Below are positions 11,319 to 23,300 of a DNA stretch of 64,000 nt, piece by piece. Positions within the stretch are counted from its first letter, which is position 1; every line of letters begins with the position of its first letter. A program made the position numbers and the translations under genes. Location: assembly GCA_965235115.1 (NCBI GenBank), contig OZ249436.1, positions 5,768,001 to 5,832,000 of the forward strand, in the 5' to 3' direction. The DNA is from Laetmonice hystrix. Taxonomy: Eukaryota. The notes beneath the pieces are model-generated. The model made no database searches. It was given only the letters and a program-made list of their open reading frames with translations, and was not told the DNA's origin.

Positions 11319-14300
11319 GTGAGTACAGAGGTTTCCGTATAAAATGACATCATGTTCTATAGTATTGTATATTGCTGCCACCACTGAACTTGGTCATCTC
11401 CTAACAAAATATTAGTCAAATGTGCTTATACTTTGATAATAACATGATTGAGGGATCAAGTTCTGTTGTGGCTATTTCAGAGCAGAACAGCACAGTAATG
11501 TTTATTGAACGCACTGAACGGGAGTCTTTGGAGAGACAACTTAATAATTGTTAGTGTCATCCACAAATTGACTTTGGACACACGACGTTAAAACAGACTT
11601 CAGGGTGACTTCAGCCTTGTCGGCCTCCTGTTAGACAAGGTGGGGGAGGAAGGCTATGGGATGATCTCTGACCACAACTTATGTCTCCCTGTCCCGGAGA
11701 CATTCCGTATTGGACATGCACCCCTTCCAGACAGAGGGTTAGCAATGTCCATTATGGTTTGTCTGATTCACTACGTCATTATGCTATTTTAATTCACTGT
11801 GTCCATTATGCTATGTCTCATTCACTGTGTCCATTATGCTATGTCTCATTCACTGTGTCCATTATGCTATGTCTCATTCACTGTGTCCATTATGCTATGT
11901 CTCATACACTGTGTCCATTACGCTATGTCCGATTCACTGTGTCCATTACGCTATGTCTCTTTCACTACGTCCATTACACTATGTCTCATTCACTGTGTCC
12001 ATTGCGCTATGTCCGATTCACTGTGTCCATTGCCCTATGTCCGATTCACTGTGTCCATTATGCTATGTCTCATTCACTGTGTCCAGGATCATGTCTCATT
12101 CACTGTGTCCATTGCGCTATGTCCGATTCACTCTGTCCATAATGCTATGTCTCATTCACTTTGTTCATTGCGCTATGTCCGATTCACTATGTCCATTATG
12201 CTGTGTCTCATTCACTATGTCCATTGCCCTATGTCCGATTCACAATGTCCATTATGGTATGTCTCATTCACTATGCCCATTGCCCTATGTCCGATGCCTT
12301 ATGTCCATTACAGGATGTCCGATTCAGAGTGTCCATTATACTACGTCTGAAGGATAGACATGACGCTGTCAAGCCATGTCCAGCCATGAGCCTCCACTGC
12401 GCGCTGGCCATATGGTTGACTATAAATCTTCACTGTCATTGGTTTCGGTTGATGGAAGTCGGGTTCTATCTATCTGAAGCACAGTCGGTTCTATTTTGAG
12501 GGTGGTCCAGTGTTTAGGGAAGTTGTCTTGTCAACCGTGGCCATTTTCAGGAGAGTTTGAATGTTTATGGGAGCTCTGCCGACCTTTCTTATACTGCCAG
12601 GGGGACTGTACCTCGAGGGTTCCAATAAAAGTGAGCTATCGGGAGCACATCCCTTCAGTGTATAATTGCACTATGTCCGCTCTCTCACTTTTTGTGATAA
12701 GATGAGTGTTATATGATGCCAGCCTTTCAACAATAATTAATATTAATGCAACATAATTATGTATGGATAGGAAGCCTGCTCTCGTAACTGTTGGTCATTG
12801 TGAGCAGGTGTTGATGGTTCTGTTCAGATAGGGCGAGCCACAGCTTACGGGCAACTAACTATAACTACCTGGAGCTCGACAAGGACACCGCCACGTGGAT
12901 GCGACGCGACTTTTTGGTAGCGCAACAGTTGACAACAGTCGTCTCTTGCTCGGTTGTCAGATCGTTTCCTTTGTGCAGAAATGTTTTAAGTAACATTACT
13001 TGAAAATGAGAGTGCCTTTTCTGACAGATAAAACTTCATTGGGAGAAGATGAAGTGGTCGTGGATAATAACTGTAGTTGATGCATCAGATAAAAAGCTTG
13101 CAAACTTCTGTAGATATGTTTTTTTTTTCAGCAAAGCTGAGAAAGTTTGAACAATAAAAAGTTTTTTCCCCCCACTTTGTGCACCTTTCTGCACTGAGGT
13201 AGCGAAATACGAAACAGCTTCAATATCTGGTGCAGCGACTGCAGGTGGCGAAATTCGACTTGTAGGCGAGCTGAGATCGACAGAGACCGTTATCCGAGTC
13301 AGGTGTGAACGGAATGTAAGTCCGCCGGAATGAAGGTCCGCCGGAGGAGTGTAAAGAAATATTTAAATAATACAACATTACGGAATTCAAGTCCTAGGAA
13401 TGCAGGTCCGTCGGACCTGCATTTCACGGGGACTTGTATTCCTGTCACACCTTGTTGAGATCTGTACAGAGACCGTTATCGAATCATGTTTATCAGGGCA
13501 AGAAAGGACTACCACATCATGCTAGGGATGTTTATTACCTGTCAAAGGACTACCACATCATGCTGGAGATGTTTGTTACCTGTCAACGGACTCCCACATC
13601 ATGCTGGGGATGTTTGTTACCTGTCAAAGGACTACCACATCATGCTGGGGATGTTTGTTACCTGTCGAAGGACTACCACATCATGCTGGGGATGTTTGTT
13701 ACCTGTCAAAGGACTACCACATCATGCTGGGGATGTTTGTTACCTGTCAAAGGACTCCAACATCATGCTGGGAATGTTTGTTACCTGTCAAAGGACTCCA
13801 ACATCATGCTGGGGATGTTTGTTACCTGTCAAAGGACTCCAACATCATGCTGGGGATGTTTGTTACCTGTCAAAGGACTACCACATCATGCTGGGGATGT
13901 TTGTTACCTGTCAACGGACTACCACATCATGCTGGGGATGTTTGTTACCTGTCAAAGGACTCCAACATCATGCTGGGGATGTTTGTTACCTGTCAAAGGA
14001 CTCCAACATCATGCTGGGGATGTTTGTTACCTGTCAAAGGACTACCACATCATGCTGGGGATGTTTGTTACCTGTCAAAGGACTACCACATCATGCTGGG
14101 GATGTTTGTTACCTGTCAAAAGCTTTGTGGAACCAGTGTTTGTACAATGATACTCCTTCAACAAAGTCACTGTTATGTAAACAGGGCACCACTTGAGGTA
14201 ATAGAAGCTATTGCCCTCCCGGGGTGCACACTGCAAACTGTTGTCCGGTAGCTCACGCCCAGCAGAACCTTGGCTCAGAGACTTCCCCTAGCTCATGGAT

Positions 14301-17300
14301 AGCTCACGCCCAGCAGAACCTTGGCTCAGAGACTTCCCCTAGCTCTTGGATAGCTCACGCCCAGCAGAACCTTGGGTCAGAGACTTCCCCTAGCTCTTGG
14401 ATAGCTCACGCCCAGCAGAACCTTGGGTCAGAGACTTCCCCTAGCTCTTGGATAGCTCACGCCCAGCAGAACCTTGGCTCAGAGACTTGCCCTAGCTCTT
14501 GGATAGCTCACGCCCAGGAGAACCTTGGCTCAGAGACTTCCCCTAGCTCATGGATAGCTCACGCCCAGCAGAACCTTGGCTCAGAGACTTCCCCTAGCTC
14601 ATGGATAGCTCACGCCCAGCAGAACCTTGGGTCAGAGACTTCCCCTAGCTTTTGGATAGCTCACGACCAGGAGAACCGTGGCTCGGAGACTTGCCCTAGC
14701 TCTTGGATAGCTCACGCCCAGGAGAACCTTGGCTCAGAGACTTCCCCTAGCTCTTGGATAGCTCACAGCCAGGAGAACCTTGGCTCAGAGACTTGCCCTA
14801 GCTCATGGATAGCTCACGGCCAGGAGAACCTTGGCTCAGAGACTTGCCCTAGCTCTTGGATAGCTCACGCCCAGGAGAACCTTGGCTCGGAGACTTGCCC
14901 TAGCTCATGGATAGCTCACGCCCAGGAGAACCTTGGCTCGAAGACTTGCCCTAGCTCATGGATAGCTCACGCCCAGGAGAACCTTGGGTCAGAGACTTCC
15001 CCTAGCTCATGGATAGCTCACGCCCAGGAGAACCTTGGCTCAGAGACTTGCCCTAGCTCATGGATAGCTCACGGCCAGGAGAACCTTGGCTCGGAGACTT
15101 GCCCTAGCTCTTGGATAGCTCACGCCAAGCAGAACCTTGGGTCAGAGACTTCCCCTAGCTCATGGATAGCTCACGCCCAGGAGAACCTTGGCTCGGAGAC
15201 TTGCCCTAGCTCTTGGATAGCTCACGCCCAGCAGAACCTTGGCTCAGAGACTTGCCCTAGCTCATGGATAGCTCACGCCCAGGAGAACCTTGGCTCAGAG
15301 ACTTGCCCTAGCTCATGGATAGCTCACGCCCAGGAGAACCTTGGGTCAGAGACTTACCCTAGCTCATGGATAGCTCACGCCCAGGAGAACCTTGGCTCAG
15401 AGACTTCCCCTAGCTCATGGATAGCTCACGCCCAGGAGAACCTTGGGTCAGAGACTTACCCTAGCTCTTGGATAGCTCACGGCCAGGAGAACCTTGGCTC
15501 GGAGACTTCCCCTAGCTCATGGATAGCTCACGCCCAGGAGAACCTTGGCTCAGAGACTTCCCCTAGCTCTTGGATAGCTCACGGCCAGGAGAACCTTGGG
15601 TCAGAGACTTCCCCTAGCTCATGGATAGCTCACGCCCAGGAGAACCTTGGCTCAGAGACTTCCCCTAGCTCATGGATAGCTCACGGCCAGGAGAACCTTG
15701 GCTCGGAGACTTGCCCTAGCTCTTGGATAGCTCACGCCCAGGAGAACCTTGGGTCAGAGACTTACCCTAGCTCTTGGATAGCTCACGGCCAGGAGAACCT
15801 TGGCTCGGAGACTTCCCCTAGCTCATGGATAGCTCACGCCCAGGAGAACCTTGGCTCAGAGACTTCCCCTAGCTCATGGATAGCTCACGCCCACGAGAAC
15901 CTTGGCTTGGAGACTTGCCCTAGCTCATGGATAGCTCACGCCCAGGAGAACCTTGGCTCAGAGACTTGCCCTAGCTCTTGGATAGCTCACGCCCAGGAGA
16001 ACCTTGGCTCAGAGACTTGCCCTAGCTCTTGGATAGCTCACGCCCAGGAGAACCTTGGCTCAGAGACTTCCCCTAGCTCATGGATAGCTCACGGCCAGGA
16101 GAACCTTGGCTCAGAGACTTCCCCTAGCTCATGGATAGCTCACGGCCAGGAGAACCTTGGCTCGGAGACTTGCCCTAGCTCTTGGATAATAAGCCTGGTA
16201 CATTTGTGTTCAGGTGAATGTACCTCGGTGGCTCGGTGTGAAACAAGACCTGTTCCCGTCGCCGGTGGTAAATGCGACCCGTAACATTCAGCTGCCCGTC
16301 AGGAGGGTCGAGTTGAATTCCTGTGACAGTGCAACTTTAACTCAAGCATCAGTAGCGTAACAGTTCTGAGGAAAGTAAATCGGTCACAGAATTAAGCAAC
16401 GGTGGTTTTGCCATTGTGTCGTATAAGATGGAAAATTAATTATATTATGTTATTTCCGTTTTCTTATATAGAGGCATTTGTGGGAAAACTTGACCTCAAA
16501 GGAGTACATGTATTTATAATTTGCTTTACTAGATTGATCATGGACAAGACAAGACCCATTACCACTCTCAATGTCATGAATTCATGTTAATGTGAGACTT
16601 TAAGTGTACTTCTTGAGGCACAATGACCATACACCTCACCAGGACAGTGAGTTATGTGTGAAAAGTATGGTGCGTATTAGGAAAACTTCATCACACTAAC
16701 ACAGATTTGAGTCATTTCAGTAGACCTCGAGTACATTGCAATATTATCTCAAATGTTCGAGTTTGTGCTGTGGATCGTATCTCAACATCTGGTTGACATT
16801 TCCTTGTCTTGGAATGCAACGTGGCAGTTACTGGATCTGAGCAACGAGTTACATTCTTCATATAGATCTCCGGCAATTTTGACAGTTTTAGCTGATATGA
16901 GGGTTATGCAAAGACAGTATGGGGTACAATCATGTAAATTCCTTTTCTCTGTGCCTTAAACAGGTCGCAGACTGCCAGCTTGTTGCCAGGTCGTTCCTGT
17001 CAGTTTTCAAAGAACAGTTTCCATAGTGACTAAATATTTCATTAGCTATCCTGGTTCTTCTGAAGGTTTTTTTTTTCATCCAACATTTACGTTTTGTCGT
17101 GACTAGTAGTCTACGGTATTTTGGTAATTTTGTTTAAACTGAGTTTTCGTTTACATGACTACTGGGTCGGGTTACTGTCGTGCGCCAGCCGCAGTCGTTT
17201 GGTGGAGACCTTTATGTCGAGGTCTGCCGGGGGGGGGGAGGGGGAGAAAATGACAGCTCTGACCTTCACTGTTGACCTCCAACTGTCCTTTTTTGACCAT

Positions 17301-20300
17301 GAACCCATGTCTTGTCAACCGTGCCGTGAAATGGCCATGAACCAGATGTTAAAAAGGAGTTAGTACTTCAACCCAATGCAGGTAACATTCTGAAGAAGAC
17401 TTTGGTCTACATATCAGAGAAGGAATCTGTGCGGGTATGCCATGCACGAACACCATCTCCTAAACCTTTCACTTTTTGTGTAAATGTAGTCTCGCCTCGG
17501 TGCTTGGGTTCCGGTGTTTGATAGCGACACCGAGACAGCTGTCAGGCCATTGTGATGTAATCTTTGTTTGACAGATACATCATGATTAACCCAATTATGG
17601 GGGAGGGGGCTCTCACCATGAGGTGACACAGGGTAATCAATAGACAATACAGTCAGTGGGAGGCGTTGTTCAAGGGAGCTGACCTCGGGATGAGGGAATT
17701 TGAAGTATCTAATTGGTTTGAAGACATTAAAGTGTTTCACTACTTTGATAGTGAAAATGTACGTGAGTGGACAGGCGTTACCCCGTCAAAATATAATTTT
17801 TTTTATCTGTTTGATTGTGCGATTTTACCCTCTCATTTTAAACGTGTTAAATACTGGGAGCGAATCAGTGTTGGCATAAGAATGAAAACTTACGTTTGGT
17901 ATTGTTCTCTTGGAGAACCCTGTAACTTGTATACGACGCGTTCAATGTGTCGGTGCGGGTTATATCTGTTGTGGAGAACCCTGCCTGTCCCGTGTCAGTA
18001 TGCCACCATGGGTCTCACTTGCTTGGTTCCCGCGGGACCGTGACCCAGTTGGCATGGTGCCCAGTGACCCAGGTGCTGCCTGACACATATATATACGCTC
18101 CCAAAACTGGCATCTGACCAGCCTCGCCATGCGTGCATTATCCATGCCAGCTGGGAAGTAAATGGTGGCTGATTGTGTTGATGTGTGGGGTGGGGGGGGG
18201 GGGGGGGGGTCACCCACTCAGTGCCTTGTCGTAAATGGTCGCTGAATGTGATTGTGTTGATGTGTGGGGTGAGAGGTGGGTCAGTCACCCACTCAGTGCC
18301 TTGTCGCTAAGGCTCACCTGTACGTCTTACCTCCCACCAGGCATGTATGTACACATCATACATGTACCACAGACAGGCTGAAGGATATCGGGGGAGGGGG
18401 GCGGGAAGGCCACTGTATATCTCCTAATGATAGAAGAATAGGACACCAAGTTATATGTGTCTCTCCCCTTTGTTTTCCTAGGGGGCGGCGCCTAGCCGGC
18501 ATGTTCAATGACTTTTTCATCTGTTCTGTTTTCAAGTGCCTAGTGGACTCACTGGAGCTCTCAAAGATTTGAAGTCGTTGAGTCCAGGATTGCATTGTCT
18601 TACTCCGGGGGCCCAGGAACATGTTTCAGCTGTTTCAGCAATTAATCGTCAGAAGTAACTCTAATCCCCGTCTATGGTTTCCTGAGAAACGTGGCATGAA
18701 CAAGATAGAATCTCCTTGCTTGTATTTGATAATTTGATACCGATTCAGAAGTGATGATTATCTTCCCACAAAACCTGTTAGGTACATAACACAATGTCAT
18801 TAAAACCCCAGTCCATTGTACGTATGACGGCGCCATCCAGGTTTTCATGTAGTCTTGGCGGTGTGCTGACAAATGCTCACAAGACAAATGCTCACAACAC
18901 TAACAGAAAAAGAGACAAATGCTTACCAATTGTTTTACAATCTTTATTTTTCAAAAAGAAAAAAGGAAAAAAATATCAACTGAACATTATGTTGCATGTC
19001 ACATAAGGGTTAGGGTTAGGATTAGGTGTGATAGAATTATACTATCATTTTTTCGCTGTAAATATAGATTATAAAACAATTTGTGAGCATTTTGTCTCTT
19101 TTTCTTTCAGTGCTGTGAGCAATTGTCTTGTGAGCAATTGTCTTGTGAGCATTTGTCTTGTGAGCATTTGTCATGGAAAAAGTATTGGCGTATGTCAGAT
19201 TTTCCCTGTATTGAAGTAATTGCTGTTTATTACAAAGGATTGCATGAATGTTGACATATCGTTATTGTTAACATGCAGTCATTGGCAAATCACTCGTATC
19301 AACATTCGACCATCAATAAAGGAATCTAATAGCTTCCTTGGACACATCGATTGCCTGTCACACAAGGATTTGTGTCAAAATATTGCCAGCATTAATTTAT
19401 CTGCTGCCTTAAAATGCACGGAAATTGCCAATAATTCTTTTAGACATGTGGAGAGAAAACATGTTGATAAAGCAGTCGGCAGCAATTCATGAAAGCGACA
19501 AGATGTAAATAATGAAAATTTCTGTAAATTGCCTGAGTAGCGCACAGTGGTAGATAGGGGCAGTTTATAGTTCAAACACGAACACATATTCGCAACGAAA
19601 ATGGTGTCATATAAAGGCAAACAGAAAAAAACTAGGTGATGCATTTTTGGCAGAGTGTAACTGTGATAAAGCATATCGTAAGTTCTAAGTATGATGGGTG
19701 GAAAGGATTTTATTTTAACCGCTTGCATAATTGGCCTTTATGGTCCTTGCCACACGTGCTAAAAACTTGTTCATTTAGTATTCCTATTACATTTGCCTCG
19801 GAAAAGCAGGAAATGGAGTGCAGTTATATTTTTTCTCTATGTTACAGGGCCCTAGTTAAAAATAGATAGCCGTTATCGTGCAGGCAGGCTGCTTGGTGGT
19901 AATCTAGAATCTAGATTTCTACCCTGTTTACATGGAAATAACATCATGGAGATACTGAGATGTCAAGACAGGCCATATGCCTTTAAACTATAATCGTTTC
20001 CCAGCCTTACAGAGCTCTTTTTCATATTGTCAGAAAAGTTTGACCTATACTGGTTAGCGATAGGCGGTAAATGACTGTCAGGCAGCTAATATAAGAACTA
20101 TATTTGGTTATTGAAAGGGCTTCAATATAAATGAGGGGTTGCCTTGTGTTGAGATGGTTTGCAGTTATGCCCTATATAATGTACTCATGTACATGTAGCC
20201 TGATAGCCAAACTATTGACTTCAATGTAGGCTTCTGAAGATGTTTGAACATGTCCCCCTCAGAAGCGTTATCAATGAAAGCGCGTTCGCAAAATAAAAGA

Positions 20301-23300
20301 TTTCCACAGTAATTGACATAAATAATAGATTACATGATGTACTTGTAAGAGGACTCTATGATCTCCTCTAAAAAAAGGAAGAAATATTCCTGATCAGACA
20401 AAGTAGGCAACCATGCATCTACATTAGACTCCAATGAAGATTGGGTGAAATTATTCAGTGGAATTATAGGCCAGGGTTTCCTGCTTCTATGTATGCCAGG
20501 AACTAAAAGTGAATCGTTTTGTATGTGACCGAATTTTCAAACGTTATGGTCTCGTTCTTAAGAAATCGCTACCCTAAACAGTTTTCTGTTAAAGACAAAC
20601 ACTCATTCCTGATGAAAAGATTTTTTGGACATGACCTCTGTTCAAAGCTCCGCTCCACCCCCAGTCGTGGGCAGTTTGTTGACTTTGCTTTAGATTGCTG
20701 TTGGCTGAAAGCACCGATTGTTAACTATTTGGCCGGATGTTAAGAGCTCACGACCTCAGGGTGGCGAAGACCATCAGTCGGTGAGGAGCTCATATTTTAG
20801 CACTTGAGCTCTCTTAAAGAACACCCAGGATGTACCGGCTGCCGGTTGCTAGGGGAAACACGGACACCTCCCAGGGCAGCCACGTGATTTGTTCTTCACG
20901 AGGATCGCAGAGCTATAAGTCATCATCTTCTTGCCCCTGCTGAAAACGGCTGAATGAAAAACAGGAAAGGGGGGATTATTTAAACAACAGCGCGTGGCCT
21001 TCCATCTTCAGGTGCCCTCAGCACGTCTGGCTCGGGTAGTTTGTGTGGTGTCAATTGTCGTGGTGACTGGACCTACTAAAGTCGCTGTGACCCACGTCAT
21101 GCCACGGCCTGTCGGGTATAACCCCAGCAGACATGTTGTAATCGGCATTGTTGATGGTGTGTCAACACATGGATCGATCCTAGGGGGTCCATGCACGATA
21201 TTCTTGTTTGCCGTCGTTTGCATCTCTGATTTTATCCGTAATCCTCAATCGGGGTAAGCTTTTGTTTTTCTCTTTAACCGACACTAGAGTAAAAGCGGGC
21301 GTCCACTGTCCTAATTTTCATCCGATATCTGAGATAAGAGAGTGAAATACTTTTTAAAGAATTTTAGGTGAAAATATGCATAATTTGGCGTAATATGAAT
21401 GGAAAGACTTTTTGTAAACACAATTTTTGATAGACAGGGTTTCCTGGAGATTTTCGACTTTTGGGGGGAATGGTGCGAGTTTTTTTTTGGGGGGGGGGGG
21501 AGTATATTTCCCCCTGGAATTTTTTTTTTTTGGTGGGGGTGGGGGGAGGAGTAGCTGAATAATGGGGGGGGGGGGACCGTTGCCTTCAGACATTTCTAAT
21601 GATGAGTTGGAGGTATCGTAGAGTCGGGCAACAGACGGCTACCTCCAATCAAGGTCTGTCTCGCCCTTCTTGCTCCAGCTGAGGCTGATTGTTATAATAC
21701 GTTGGGGATCGTCTATACTAGGTAATTCCTCTCATGTCTCCCCCCCCCCCCCCCCCCCCAACTGTCACTTGAGTTCCTGGATAAGGTTGTTTTTTAGTGT
21801 CAGTGTTGAAGCGTGCGGTTTTCAAGTGTAAGCCGAGGCAGTATGCTATAATGAAGCCTTTCAAAGGTCGTATGGTGGTCATGCCTATTAGTAAGCAGTC
21901 GAGCGGTATTGGCAACATGTTGGTTGCCGAATCCCAGTGTGAATCTATAGATGTCACAGAGCACCAGCAGGCAGGCGGTATGAGGGACGCTGCGGGTTGG
22001 CGGGAGGGCCGGGTACGGCAGGAGGTACGGGTACGGTATAGCAGGCGGTACGGGTACGGCAGGCGGTACGGGTACGGTATAGCAGGCGGTACGGGTACGG
22101 CAGGCAGTACGGGTACGGCAGGCGGTACGGGTACGGTAGGCGATACGGGTACGGTATAGCAGGCGGTACGGGTACGGCAGGCGGTACGGGTACGGTATAG
22201 CAGGCGGTACGGGTACGGCAGGCGGTAGGGCTACGGGTATACGGTAGAGCAGGCGGTACGGGTACGGTAGGCGGTACGGGTACGGTATAGCAGGCGGTAC
22301 GGGTACGGTATAGCAGGCGGTACGGGTACAGTATAGCAGGCGGTACGGGTACGGCAGGCGGTACGGGTACGGTATGGCAGGCGGTACGGGTACGGCAAGC
22401 GGTACGGGTACGGTATAGCAGGCGGTACGGGTACAGCAGGCAGGAGGTTCGCATAGAGCGGGCCCTCGGTTCTTGGGCGGTTACTTCGTGCTGAACCACT
22501 GCCACAGATGGCGAGATGTTTCAATAATGCACAGCCAGGGGGCACTGCGGTAGTTCAGCCGTTCAGCCTATGGAGGACTGGCAATCAGACCCCAGGGCTG
22601 TGAATCTATGGTTATTCCACGGTTCGGAATAGATGTCACGTTCGCCACAAAGAAGACGGTGTGGAGAAGTGGACAGGAGCCTCAGTGTACCTTTTATTAG
22701 GAACGGATCCAGGATTGGGGAGAGGGGGGGGGGGATTCTTTCATCCTTTTTTGTCTTTTAATCTTCTAATATTTTCTTTCCCCCTTTTTTCGAGGCCCAA
22801 TTTGGGCGTACTGGGTAGGTAGGTGCAGAGGCTGGTTGTGATGGCTTAACATGGTCAGTGCCTAAACCCTCTTGGCCTTCGCCCCCAGTCCCAGCCCCCC
22901 CCCCCCCAAAAAAAAAAAAAAATTATATATAAAAATCGGAGCATCGTTGCATTCTGACAAAAAGCTTGAAGACGATTTCTACCATTTGTATCTGGTTGAT
23001 TGAAGAATCCTAGTATATGATCCGTGGTAAGTTATAATTACCTAGAGCTTGTATTGAGAGGCAGTATTGAGGTTTGTATTGAGAGGCAGTATTGAGGCTT
23101 GTATTGAGAGGCAGTATTGAGGCTTGTATTGAGAGGCAGTATTGAGAGGCAGTATTGAGGTTTGTATTGAGAGGCAGTATTGAGGCTTGTATTGAGAGGC
23201 AGTATTGAGGCTTGTATTGAGAGGCAGTATTGAGAGGCAGTATTGAGGCTTGTATTGAGAGGCAGTATTGAGGCTTGTATTGAGAGGCAGTATTGAGAGG

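Noticed and set aside
11681..14251. Cys/His-rich ORFs resembling metal-binding proteins
   Set aside because: 28- and 41-bp units cycle through all three frames, giving the same peptide in each; repeat artefact
16600..17000. Possible minus-strand LINE RT C-terminal relic
   Set aside because: Only scattered short motif resemblances across frames; cannot support without a search
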